DNA from: an uncultured Pseudomonadota bacterium | GTDB taxonomy: Bacteria; Vulcanimicrobiota; Vulcanimicrobiia; Eremiobacterales; Eremiobacteraceae | DNA: 64,000 bases | Direction: 5' to 3' | Assembly (NCBI GenBank): GCA_963736005.1 | Contig: CAVTNB010000003.1 | Span: forward strand, 224,001 to 288,000 | Shown here: positions 27,340-36,764 of the stretch, piece after piece | How the letters are laid out: each line of letters opens with the position of its first letter | Numbering within the stretch: position 1 is the first letter of the stretch | The notes under the pieces: model-generated | The model's database searches: none | What the model saw: only the letters and a program-made list of their open reading frames with translations | What the model was told of the DNA's origin: nothing | Made by a program: the position numbers and the translations under genes

Positions 27340-28483
27340 TGATCGAGCGGACCTCGGCAAAAGCGGCGTCGACTTCATCGACGGTGTTGTAAAAATGCGG
27401 AGCGATGCGGATACCGGCGTTGGGCCGATAGTCAATGAAGACACGTCGCCGTATCAGCTCGTCGCTCGCCTCACGGGCGCTCGGGAAGTCGATGGTCACG
27501 TGACCGCCCCGATGCGACGTTTCCAAAGGTGAGTTGATGTGCACGCCCAGATCGCGAGCGCAGCGTATCGCGCGCTCAGTCAGCTCGACGCTGCGGCGGC
27601 GAACCCGATCGACGCCGATTTCGTTCACGATGTCCAGGCCCGCGACTGCGGCGTGCAAGCTCGTGGGATTCGCCGTGCCGCCTGCATAGCGCCATACGCT
27701 GGCGGCCGGTTCGAAGTGATCCATCGAAAAATCAAAGGGTCGCTGATGGGAAAACCAGCCGACGCTTGTGGGCACAAGGGTATCGTACAGATCCGGCCGC
27801 ACGTAGAGGAACGAGGCGCCGGGGCCGCCGCACAGCCACTTGAGAGAGCCCCCAACGAGCGCGTCGACTTCGAGCGCCTGGACGTCGATCGGAACGGTGC
27901 CAATCGATTGATAAACGTCAAGGAACACCATCGCGCCCATGCGGTGCGCCTTTTCGACGATTGGTTTGACGTCGGTGATGTAGCTTGACCGGAAGATGAC
28001 GTGCGAGATTGGAACGGCGAGCGTCGTTTCATCGATAGCATCGATCATGGCCTGCGTGTCGACGGTAACTCGGTCGCGGCTGGACACCATGTGAATCCGC
28101 GCGCCGCGGCGCTCTTGAGCCTGCCACGCGTAGTGCACGGTAGGAAACTCTAGATCTGAGTAGACGACCTTATTGCGCTTCCCGGAAAAATCCAGGCAGG
28201 ATATAAGAATCCACTCTGCCGTCGAAACGTTGGGCTGCATGATAACTTCGCCTGGCTTCGCGTTGATGAGCGAGGCAACGAGGTCTCCGGCACGATCGAC
28301 AAGCGGCAGCCACTTCTCCCAAGCGACCACGCCCAGTTCGGCCCAATCGTTGGCGTACTGCGCGAGACCGTCGCGTGCCCGCGCGGGCATGGCGCCAAGC
28401 GAATTGCTGATTAAGTAGTTGCAGGTGGACAAGATAGGGAACTCGCTGCGCCACTGAAGCAGCGAATCGGTCTGGGTCAGCAT
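27326..28483 (-). CDS. Kynureninase-like aminotransferase class V (PLP)
   Basis: YLISNSLGAMP, DVYQSIG, GGSLKWLCGGPG, RGGHV, DYRP. Confidence 0.85.
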   Translation of the reverse strand: MLTQTDSLLQWRSEFPILSTCNYLISNSLGAMPARARDGLAQYANDWAELGVVAWEKWLPLVDRAGDLVASLINAKPGEVIMQPNVSTAEWILISCLDFSGKRNKVVYSDLEFPTVHYAWQAQERRGARIHMVSSRDRVTVDTQAMIDAIDETTLAVPISHVIFRSSYITDVKPIVEKAHRMGAMVFLDVYQSIGTVPIDVQALEVDALVGGSLKWLCGGPGASFLYVRPDLYDTLVPTSVGWFSHQRPFDFSMDHFEPAASVWRYAGGTANPTSLHAAVAGLDIVNEIGVDRVRRRSVELTERAIRCARDLGVHINSPLETSHRGGHVTIDFPSAREASDELIRRRVFIDYRPNAGIRIAPHFYNTVDEVDAAFAEVRSIIEGR

Positions 28484-28535
28484 GAACTCGACTTCGGCTC
28501 CGCGTTAGCGCTTCCCCCGCCAGCTTACCCGGACT

Positions 28536-28582
28536 GTCGTGTCGCGAATTTATTCGCGACTTTTCATGGTCGCCGCGACGAC
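28536..28582. repeat. REP type C copy
   Basis: GTCGT-GTCGCGAAT-TT-ATTCGCGAC, with an inverted remnant CGCGACGAC at 28574-28582. Confidence 0.75.
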
Positions 28583-31500
28583 TATCCAGCGAAGCGCGGC
28601 AGCGTGTCGAGACGCGGATAGACCGTGTTTCTGCCGGCTTGTTTCGCGCGATACAGCGCCGCATCGGCCGCCTTGAGAAGCATTTGCATCTGGGTTCCCG
28701 CTTCTGGATATGCTGCGACACCCAGACTCGCCGTGATCGTGAGTTCGTCGTCTTTGGCTGGCCAATCAGCCTCCGCGATTTTTGCGGCCATGCGCTCGGC
28801 CAGCATCACTGCGTCACTGAGTTGCGTTTCGGGAAGCAAGACAATAAATTCGTCGCCGCCGTAGCGCGCGACGATGTCCGAGATGCGGACCGATGAAAGC
28901 AGCACGCTGCCAAAATGGCGGAGCACGAGGTCCCCAAACTCTCGACCGAAACGTTCGTTGACATTTTGCAAGCTGTCGACGTCCACCATCACGATCGACA
29001 GAGGCCGCTTGCGGCGACGCGCTTCCGATAAGCGCTTGCGAAGAACGTCTTGAGTAAAACGATAGTTGTACAAGCCGGTCAACGGATCGGTAATAGCCAT
29101 GCGCGAACTCTCTTCAAGCATGCGCGCATGGCGGAGCGCCACGGCAAGTTCGTCTCCAACTGCGTGGAAGATGCTTTGATCGTCCGCCGAGAAACGGCGC
29201 CCGTCAAACCCAAAGACTTGCACGGCTCCGATGATTTGGTCACCGAGCGTTAGCGGTTTGGTCAAAACCAACGAGAGGTCAGCAATGGAATGGTTCGCAA
29301 AGTGTGCGTGCTCGAGGTGCACGTCTGCGCCGTCCCCGGTCAACATTGTCTGCCGGTAGGCGACAGCCGCGGCAAGCGGCCCTTCCTCGCCGGATCCGTT
29401 GGGGCGCACGCTCACCGCGTCTGTGCCCTCCGGTAGGAACCCCCGTTGCGCGACGTTCTGCAAGACGCCCTCAGTCGGGTCGTACACGTACAATCGCCCG
29501 ACGTCCACGTTGAGCACTTCGAGCAGCTTTTCCAATCCTTTGCTGGCAATAGCGCCGAAGCCGACCTCGCGGCTGAGCGACCGAATAACGTCGCGCATCA
29601 CCACGAGATTGCGGTTTTGCCGTTGGAGTTGCTCCGCTTGCTTCTTCTGTTCGGAAATATCTTTGCTAAATGCTACCAGCCCGACGATCTTTCCGTGCTG
29701 ATCTCGCGCTGGCGATGCGGAGAGCAGCACTTCCATATTGCCCCCTTCGCGATTGCGGCATTCGACCTCAAAGACATGCACGTGCTCGCCGCGGCTCACG
29801 CGTGAGAGCAGCTCCCGAATGTCCTCGCGGCGGTCCGGTGGAATGATCGGCAGTTCGAAGAAGAGTTTGCCCAGCGCCTCGTTTCGCGTCATGCGGAAGA
29901 TGCGCTCGGCACCTTTGTTCCACGAAACAACGGTACCATGCAGGTCGAATTGAACGATTGCATCGTTCGATTCTTCCAAAATGCGGTCGAGGAAATTGCG
30001 AGCGGATTTTGCCTGGTCGTACTTCCGGGCTGCTTCGATAGCCTCGCCTCCTTGGATCCCAAGCTGCCGAACGATCTCTTCTTCTGATTCGAGCGACGGA
30101 GCGCGCTCGGAAAAAAAGAGTGCAACGGCGCCAAGCGGTTTGCCAGAGGCCAAGAGCGGGAAGGCACTGACGGCATTGAATCCGTGCTCGCGAGCAAGTT
30201 GTTCCCAACCAAGGCGGATCCAGGCGCTGTCATTTGTCACGTTACTGCGCACCGCATATCGTCCCTCGCGGACCGCCTGCACGGGCGGATACGCTGCGTA
30301 CGCTGGATCAGCTGCGCTCACGCTCAACTTCGCTGAAAGTTCCGCAGGTGCGTTCCACCCGCCAGCCACGCTCAGCGAGCTGCCGGTCCCCGTATAGGCG
30401 ATGGCGAACGCTGCACCCATCGCCTCGACCGCAGCGCGCGCGATGCTGCGCACCACTTCTGCCTCCTCCAGCGATCGAGAAATGCCAGATGCCGCAGAAA
30501 CCGCGAGTGCGCGATCTCGCGCAAGCAAACGCAAGGCATCCGCAGCGAGCGCATTACGCAACGCGTTCTGCGCGTGAGGAAGAAACGCAAGTGAAGCGGC
30601 GATGCCACCCTCGGAGAACGCGTCGACCTCGCGCGCATACAATTCGAGTATGATGGTGGCTCGCGGCTCAACGAGAAGCGGCAACGCCAACACAGATCGA
30701 ATATCGTGCGTTTGTGCAACGTGCACCCAGGGAGCGAAGGTCCGATCTGCAAGCGCGTCTTTGACGTGCGACATTTCCCCACTGCGGGCGGCTCGACCCA
30801 AGGGTCCTTGGCCGACAGGCATGTTGGCATCTGCGTTTGCCACAAACGTCTTCGCGAAACCCGCGGCAGACTCGTCGCCGAAGATGGAGCGCGCAACAAA
30901 GCGGTTTCCTTCGAGTCGCCACACGATTGCGACGGCCGCGGAGGTAATCAACAAGAAGTAGTCGGCTGTTTTCGCAATGACGGCCCGCTCGCTGAGATCC
31001 GCGTTGAGATCCGCGACGCGAGCGAACAGCTTGCCTTCTTGTTCTTGTCGAGCGGAAATCTCGGCCTGCTGTTTGCGCTCTTCTAAATCCGACGCGATGA
31101 TCGACGCAACATGCAAGACTGCATCCATGTGCCGTGCAGTAAACGCCGTTTCGCGTAACGCGTACATGACGAACGCGCCCAGCGTGCCTTGGGAAGCCAC
31201 CAGTGGAACCGCGGCGGTGGCTGAAAAGGACTCGTGTTCTGGATGAGCTGCGAGGAGCTCCGAACGAAGCTCGTCGCTGCCATCTCGCTGCACGACCCAC
31301 GTGGCGCCCATGATGGCAGCCAACAACAGCTGATCCGACGAGAGAGGAATTCTCCGCGCGTCGACAACCTCGGCAAAGCCCTCGTCGCCCTCGGACCATC
31401 CTGCCACGGACAAAGTCCCATCGACTGGGGAAATGGCAACCGCCAAGCAGCCCACATCGAGAATGCTTGCAATGCCGCGCGTCGCTTCCCGCAAAACGTC

Positions 31501-31602
31501 GCGCTCCGCGCGCGCGTTGACGCATTCGGCCGCAAGCTTGAGCAGGCGTGCCTCGACCTCAGAGCGATCGTCACCCGGCCCATTGCCGGGAATCACACGC
31601 AT
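28582..31602 (-). CDS. Multi-GAF/PAS diguanylate cyclase
   Basis: Several GAF repeats, PAS (SWNKGAERIF), DPLTGLYN, RISD-x5-GGDEF, ADAALYRAKQAGRN. Confidence 0.92.
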   Translation of the reverse strand: MRVIPGNGPGDDRSEVEARLLKLAAECVNARAERDVLREATRGIASILDVGCLAVAISPVDGTLSVAGWSEGDEGFAEVVDARRIPLSSDQLLLAAIMGATWVVQRDGSDELRSELLAAHPEHESFSATAAVPLVASQGTLGAFVMYALRETAFTARHMDAVLHVASIIASDLEERKQQAEISARQEQEGKLFARVADLNADLSERAVIAKTADYFLLITSAAVAIVWRLEGNRFVARSIFGDESAAGFAKTFVANADANMPVGQGPLGRAARSGEMSHVKDALADRTFAPWVHVAQTHDIRSVLALPLLVEPRATIILELYAREVDAFSEGGIAASLAFLPHAQNALRNALAADALRLLARDRALAVSAASGISRSLEEAEVVRSIARAAVEAMGAAFAIAYTGTGSSLSVAGGWNAPAELSAKLSVSAADPAYAAYPPVQAVREGRYAVRSNVTNDSAWIRLGWEQLAREHGFNAVSAFPLLASGKPLGAVALFFSERAPSLESEEEIVRQLGIQGGEAIEAARKYDQAKSARNFLDRILEESNDAIVQFDLHGTVVSWNKGAERIFRMTRNEALGKLFFELPIIPPDRREDIRELLSRVSRGEHVHVFEVECRNREGGNMEVLLSASPARDQHGKIVGLVAFSKDISEQKKQAEQLQRQNRNLVVMRDVIRSLSREVGFGAIASKGLEKLLEVLNVDVGRLYVYDPTEGVLQNVAQRGFLPEGTDAVSVRPNGSGEEGPLAAAVAYRQTMLTGDGADVHLEHAHFANHSIADLSLVLTKPLTLGDQIIGAVQVFGFDGRRFSADDQSIFHAVGDELAVALRHARMLEESSRMAITDPLTGLYNYRFTQDVLRKRLSEARRRKRPLSIVMVDVDSLQNVNERFGREFGDLVLRHFGSVLLSSVRISDIVARYGGDEFIVLLPETQLSDAVMLAERMAAKIAEADWPAKDDELTITASLGVAAYPEAGTQMQMLLKAADAALYRAKQAGRNTVYPRLDTLPRFAG

Positions 31603-31670
31603 ACCGTCAGTCCTCTACGCCACAGCGCGGGTCGAGGTGTCGCGAGATGTGAGCAAGAACCCCGGCATCC

Positions 31671-32507
31671 ATGGAAAGCCACGCCGCGATCGCGTCCTTG
31701 CGCGAGCTTGTCGCTGAATGCGACAAGCGCACGTGTGAGCTTCCATTAGACAAAGCCTGTCTGCTCATTTCTGCGGTTTACGATTCTTCCGTCGACGTCG
31801 ACAAATATCTGGTGCAGCTGGATACTTTCGCCGGCCGAGCCGCCGCCACCGCTGGCGGAGCTGGTTCATATGCAATGATCGCCGCGGTCTTGCGAACTCT
31901 TTTCGCAATTGGCAAATTTCGCGGCAACGAGCGCGCATACAACGAGCCGGCCAATAGCTTGTTGTCATCGGTCATTGACCGGCGCGTTGGCATCCCGATA
32001 ACCCTATCTGTTCTTCTCATGGAAGTGAGCCGGCGGATAGGTCTTCCGTTGGAAGGCGTAGGGCTTCCTGGGCATTTTGTCGTGAGGTTTCCGGACCCAA
32101 CAAGCCGGCTCTACATTGACCCGTTTCACGAGGGCGCTATCATGGACGTGTCGCAATGCGTCGCGCTAGTGGAGCGAATTTACCACGGTCGCGTCGCGTG
32201 GCGGGATGACTTCCTTGCGCCGCTCGACCACCGCTCGATCGTCAAGCGAGTGCTGTTGAATCTCAAGAACACCTTCAGTCAAGCGCAAGATTATTCCGGA
32301 GGTCTGAGCGCCATCCAATTGCGCATGCTGCTTGACCCAACCGATGTCGCCGAGCTCCGCGACCGCGGCATCCTTTTTGCCCGCTTGCGACGCTACGATC
32401 GAGCGATCGAAGACCTTGAAGCGTATTTACGGCGCTCGCCGGATGCCGGCGACAGCCAGCACATTCGGAATACGGTCCAGTACCTGCGTCAGGAGCGCAA
32501 TCAATAA
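31671..32507 (+). CDS. SirB1 family protein (transglutaminase-like + TPR)
   Basis: FRGN...Y, RRVGIPITLS, GLPGHF, IDPF, ELRDRG. Confidence 0.88.
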   Translation: MESHAAIASLRELVAECDKRTCELPLDKACLLISAVYDSSVDVDKYLVQLDTFAGRAAATAGGAGSYAMIAAVLRTLFAIGKFRGNERAYNEPANSLLSSVIDRRVGIPITLSVLLMEVSRRIGLPLEGVGLPGHFVVRFPDPTSRLYIDPFHEGAIMDVSQCVALVERIYHGRVAWRDDFLAPLDHRSIVKRVLLNLKNTFSQAQDYSGGLSAIQLRMLLDPTDVAELRDRGILFARLRRYDRAIEDLEAYLRRSPDAGDSQHIRNTVQYLRQERNQ

Positions 32508-32510
32508 GCT

Positions 32511-33839
32511 ATGAACGAATTCTTGCGCCGCCGCGAGCGGTTCGTCAAGGCAATGGGCGATGCCGTCGCCATTTTTCCAAGCGCGCCGGAGGTAACTCGC
32601 AGCAACGACACGGACTTTGACTTTCGTCAAGATTCGGACTTCTACTACCTCACGGGATTCGAAGAGCCCAATGCCATTTTGGTGCTCGCGCCCAATCATC
32701 CAACGATCAAATCCGCGCTCTTCGTCATGCCGAGCGACAAGGAGAAGGAGACTTGGAACGGACGGCGCGCCGGCCTCGAGGGCGCAAAGACTCTCGTTGG
32801 AGTTGATGCGACGTATCCGACGAGCGAGTTTGAAACTCGTCTCGGGGAATTCTTGGAGACCTCTGGACGCTTGTACTACTCTTTTGCCGGCGCTCGGGCG
32901 CTGAACGAGCAGATCGAGAGCCGCTTACGTCATTATCGGCGAGCGCGAGCGCGAGCCGACGGGGGGCCGTTTGAAGTCATCGACCCGAGCGTGCTCGTGC
33001 ACGAACTGCGCGTCATTAAATCGGCTTTTGACATCGCGGGAATGCGGCGCGCGGTTGAAGTTTCAGGTTTAGGGCACGTTGCGGCCATGCGCTACTCGCG
33101 ACCCGGCATGCACGAGTACGAAGTCGAAGCGATCGTCGAGTACGTGTTTGCCAGTCACGGCGCTCAGGCGCCCGCGTATCCAAGCATCGTGACGAGCGGT
33201 AAGAACCTTGCAATCATTCATTATCGAACCAACCGCGATCTGATTCCGGACGGTTCGCTTGTCCTCGTCGACGCCGGCGCCGAAGTTGACTATTATTGCG
33301 GCGATATCACGCGCACGTGGCCGATTTCCGGGAAGTTTTCAAGCGAGCAGCGCGTGGTCTATGAAATCGTACTTGCAGCAAACATGCGCGCGCTCGAATT
33401 GTGCAGGCCTGGTAAGAAAATCGGGTCGGACGTCAACGATGCGGCAGCGCGCGTGCTCGTGGAAGGCCTGATCGATCTCGGCTTGTTGCAAGGCAGCGCC
33501 GACGAGCATTTGGAGAAAGGGACGCACAAACGGTTCACGCTCCATCGCATTGGACATTGGCTTGGTCTAGATACACACGACGTCGGATCGTACCGCCATG
33601 GTGGTGACTGGCGGGCCTTTGAGCCGGGCATGATTGTGACGATCGAGCCTGGCTTGTACGTCGCCGATGATCCAGACGTGCCACAGCGTTTCCGCGGTAT
33701 TTCCGTGCGTGTTGAGGATGACGTCCTGATCACAAGTTCTGATCCCGATGTGCTCTCGAGCGGGGTGCCCAAGAGCATCAAAGCGATCGAACAGGTAATG
33801 GCCGAAGGTCGTAGCACAGCGCAAGCACTTATCGCATGA
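32511..33839 (+). CDS. pepP: Xaa-Pro aminopeptidase
   Basis: FRQDSDFYYLTG, DAG, DITRT, GHWLGLDTHD, TIEPG, RVEDD. Confidence 0.93.
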   Translation: MNEFLRRRERFVKAMGDAVAIFPSAPEVTRSNDTDFDFRQDSDFYYLTGFEEPNAILVLAPNHPTIKSALFVMPSDKEKETWNGRRAGLEGAKTLVGVDATYPTSEFETRLGEFLETSGRLYYSFAGARALNEQIESRLRHYRRARARADGGPFEVIDPSVLVHELRVIKSAFDIAGMRRAVEVSGLGHVAAMRYSRPGMHEYEVEAIVEYVFASHGAQAPAYPSIVTSGKNLAIIHYRTNRDLIPDGSLVLVDAGAEVDYYCGDITRTWPISGKFSSEQRVVYEIVLAANMRALELCRPGKKIGSDVNDAAARVLVEGLIDLGLLQGSADEHLEKGTHKRFTLHRIGHWLGLDTHDVGSYRHGGDWRAFEPGMIVTIEPGLYVADDPDVPQRFRGISVRVEDDVLITSSDPDVLSSGVPKSIKAIEQVMAEGRSTAQALIA

Positions 33840-35008
33840 CCGCGCCTGATCTGGCGCACCTGGACGACCGCGTCATCGAGTGGCGGCGTGAGATTCACCG
33901 CCATCCAGAGCTCGGATTCCTCGAACAGCGGACGAGTGCGTTGGTCGAGCGCGAGCTCACCCGGGCTGGGATTCCTCACCGGCGAGTGGCGCAAACTGGC
34001 GTCGTCGGTCTCCTCGAGGGCCGCAAGCCGGGAAAGACCCTGCTCTTGCGCGCCGACATGGACGCATTGCCCGTTCCCGAGCGCAGCGGCGAGCCATTTG
34101 CTTCTGACATTCCCGGCGTCATGCACGCCTGCGGGCACGATGCGCACACAGCGATGCTGCTTGGTGCCGCGGTGTGGCTCGCCTCGCAGCGCGACCGCAT
34201 CGAGGGTGCGATTAAATTTGTCTTTCAACCCGCTGAAGAAGGACCGGGTGGTGCAAAACCAATGATCGCTGCGGGCGTTCTCGAATCGCCCGCAGTCAGC
34301 GCAGCGGTCATGATCCACGTCTTGCCGCTGCTGCCCGCGGGCGTCATTGGCTGGCGGGTGGGACCAATTCAGGCCTCGGCCGACGATTTCATCATTTCGA
34401 TCAGCGGTCGTGGTGGTCACGCCGCCTCTCCGCATCTCGGTGTCGACACGATCCCCATAGCGGCCGAAGTCGTCAGTTCTTTGCAGCGCATTGCTAGCCG
34501 CGAAGTCGATCCTTTGGAGGGCGTTGTTGTCTCCATCGGAACGATCAATGGAGGGTATCGTCGCAACGTCATCGCCGATCGAACCGAGCTGGCTGGCACC
34601 GTGCGCTGCTTTTCCGAGGAGCTACGCACGACGATGCCACAGCGGCTGGAGAGAATCGCCGCTGGCATAAGCCAGGCGCACGGTGCTCAGTGCAAGGTTG
34701 AGTACGAATGGGGATATCCACCGGTCATCAACGATGCGCGATTGACGAAGCTGGTGGCGGCAATAGCGCAGAGCACGCCGGACGTTCCCGCTGTCGTCGA
34801 ACTCCCCGCCCCGCGTATGGGTGCCGAAGACTTCGCGTATTTCGCACAGGCAGTCCCTGGCTGCATGCTTCGTTTGGGCTCCGCCCCAGAGGGAGCAGGT
34901 CCCCATGCCATGCTTCATTCGCCGGAGTTTCGTCTCAACGAAGAAGCCTTGCGCAGCGGCGTGAGAATTTTTTGCGAACTCGCATTGCGTTTGCCGCAAA
35001 ATTTGTGA
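33836..35008 (+). CDS. M20 family amidohydrolase
   Basis: HRHPELG, RADMDALP, MHACGHD, FQPAEEG, GGHAASPH, EDF, HSP.F. Confidence 0.92.
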   Translation: MTAPDLAHLDDRVIEWRREIHRHPELGFLEQRTSALVERELTRAGIPHRRVAQTGVVGLLEGRKPGKTLLLRADMDALPVPERSGEPFASDIPGVMHACGHDAHTAMLLGAAVWLASQRDRIEGAIKFVFQPAEEGPGGAKPMIAAGVLESPAVSAAVMIHVLPLLPAGVIGWRVGPIQASADDFIISISGRGGHAASPHLGVDTIPIAAEVVSSLQRIASREVDPLEGVVVSIGTINGGYRRNVIADRTELAGTVRCFSEELRTTMPQRLERIAAGISQAHGAQCKVEYEWGYPPVINDARLTKLVAAIAQSTPDVPAVVELPAPRMGAEDFAYFAQAVPGCMLRLGSAPEGAGPHAMLHSPEFRLNEEALRSGVRIFCELALRLPQNL

Positions 35009-35111
35009 CAGCCATCACAGGCGCAATCGGACTACTCTAAGTCGAACTTCTCCCTGCGTCGATACTATCTTTAACACCGCAGTCGCGAGTGTCGAAAGCG
35101 TAGGGAGCAGC

Positions 35112-35984
35112 GTGGAGAACAAGCAGGACCATTTTCGGTTTCGGCGTCGGGCTATTCCAACGCCGGGCGCGGAACAGCCCCGCAACAAGTTTGGAATCAT
35201 TTTGATGGTCGCCACGGCGGCGATCATCTTGCCCGCAATGATCTACGGGATCATGCACCCGTCCAACATCTCCTCGACCGTGAAACAGATCGCTCGACAC
35301 ATACCAATGCAAGTGAAAGATTTGCGAGTGGCGATCGTTGCGTCGCGATCAACGCCCACGCCGCAACCGAGTGCGACGCCAACACCGGCACCCACGCCAA
35401 CCGCGGGCGGGCAGTCGTCAAAGGCGCACAATGCAGCACTTGCGGCACACGAGCTTCATCTAAAGCATCTGCGAGAGCTCGCTCTGGCATCTGCACACGC
35501 CAGGAAACTTGCCTCGACCGGTCAGACCTCGGACGTTGCAGGGACTGGCCCAACGACACCTGCCAATACGCCCGCGAACCAGGGGTCCTCTGCTTTGACC
35601 GGCACAAGTACAGCCGCGATGAGGACGAACGCGGTAGCGGCAACACCAACACCAGCTGCTCTCGCCATGGCGCAGGCGCCGGAAGCGGACGCAACACCTG
35701 TGTACGCACCGGATGTCGTCGTTGACGCGCGCTTTACGCACCAGGTGCAACCCGATTATCCGGAAATGGCAAAGACCCAAGGCGCGGAAGGGACGGCGGT
35801 TGTGCTTGCGACGATCGGGCCGAGCGGCACCGTCGTGTCCGCCCGTATCGATCAGTCAACTGGAAATAAGATGCTCGACGAGGCAGCACTCACTGCTGCC
35901 AAAGATAGCGGATTCCAGCCGCCGATTATCAACGGCAAGCCGGCTACGGAAACCTACAGGCTCGTTTACACCTTCGCGCTGTAA
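35112..35984 (+). CDS. tonB: Energy transducer TonB family protein
   Basis: N-terminal TM, Pro/Thr linker, C-terminal PDYPEMAK...EGTA...STGNKMLDEAA...FQP...NGKP. Confidence 0.85.
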   Translation: MENKQDHFRFRRRAIPTPGAEQPRNKFGIILMVATAAIILPAMIYGIMHPSNISSTVKQIARHIPMQVKDLRVAIVASRSTPTPQPSATPTPAPTPTAGGQSSKAHNAALAAHELHLKHLRELALASAHARKLASTGQTSDVAGTGPTTPANTPANQGSSALTGTSTAAMRTNAVAATPTPAALAMAQAPEADATPVYAPDVVVDARFTHQVQPDYPEMAKTQGAEGTAVVLATIGPSGTVVSARIDQSTGNKMLDEAALTAAKDSGFQPPIINGKPATETYRLVYTFAL

Positions 35985-36002
35985 CCTCCCCACGCGTTCT
36001 CC

Positions 36003-36192
36003 GTAGGGGGCGATTGGAAAATCGCCCCTCTTGTTCTAGCGTAGTCGCGCGAATTTATTCGCGCGTGTAAGGGCGATTGGAAAATCGCCCCTCTTGTTCT
36101 AGCGTAGTCGCGCGAATTTATTCGCGCGTGTAAGGGCGATTGGAAAATCGCCCCTCTTGTTCTAGCGTAGTCGCGCGAATTTATTCGCGCGT
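36003..36192 (+). repeat. BIME-like tandem array: 3 x 63 nt, alternating REP type A and type C
   Basis: Unit GGGCGATTGGAAAATCGCCCCTCTTGTTCTAGCGTAGTCGCGCGAATTTATTCGCGCGTGTAA starts at 36008, 36071 and 36134 (last copy lacks the final 4 nt). Confidence 0.95.
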
Positions 36193-36300
36193 CGTCGGCG
36201 ACTGTGTAGTCACCCTCTTTCACAAAGTCTCGGCCGGATCGCGCAGGACGCGGGGCGATGCGCGCTAGAAATGCGTCCCCCCCGAACTCAGTAAGGAGGA

Positions 36301-36684
36301 ATGACGGTGAGTCAACGTTCTTTTCATATCACCGGGCTTGACTTAAGCGGTTACATGGTCAAAGACGCATCCCGCGCGATCGCTTTCTATCGCGACGTGC
36401 TCGGCATCGAACCGATCATGGTCTATCCCGACAACAGGGGAGCGGAATACGAATTTGCGGATGGCACGACCTTTGGTCTATGGGGCGGGGGCGGTGCCGT
36501 GATGCCGTTCCAACCAAGTAATGGCATTCTGTTTGCTGTTGACGATCTTGATGCCGCCGTTTCCGCGCTCAAGGCGCGCAACATTCCCGTCCTTATGCAA
36601 CACGAAACCCCTAACTGCTTCTTGGCGATGATCCACGACACCGAGGGCAACATCGTAACGTTGCACAAGCGCAAGGCGTCGTAG
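36301..36684 (+). CDS. VOC/glyoxalase family protein
   Basis: VKD..RAIAFYRDVLG, FAVDDLDAA, DTEGN; AAGGAGG RBS. Confidence 0.88.
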   Translation: MTVSQRSFHITGLDLSGYMVKDASRAIAFYRDVLGIEPIMVYPDNRGAEYEFADGTTFGLWGGGGAVMPFQPSNGILFAVDDLDAAVSALKARNIPVLMQHETPNCFLAMIHDTEGNIVTLHKRKAS

Positions 36685-36710
36685 CACGGCCTGATCAAGA
36701 GATTTTGCGG

Positions 36711-36756
36711 ACGCGCGAATAAATTCGAAAGGGGCGATTTTCCAATCGCCCCCTAC
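36711..36756 (-). repeat. Inverted REP type A plus partial type C
   Basis: Minus strand: GTAG-GGGGCGATT-GGAA-AATCGCCCC-TTT-CGAATTTATTCGCGCGT. Confidence 0.85.
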
Positions 36757-36764
36757 ATTTGCGA

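Noticed and set aside
36003..36192. CRISPR array
   Set aside because: Units are fully identical with no unique spacers, there are no cas genes, and the same palindromes are dispersed as REPs.
35966..36223. 85-aa ORF with 21-aa repeats
   Set aside because: By-product of the 63-nt REP array being a multiple of 3; no other coding support.
36218..36231. 14-mer TTTCACAAAGTCTC shared with the nuoA upstream region (43131-43144)
   Set aside because: Several 14-nt matches are expected by chance in 64 kb, and only half of the Rex-like palindrome is present.
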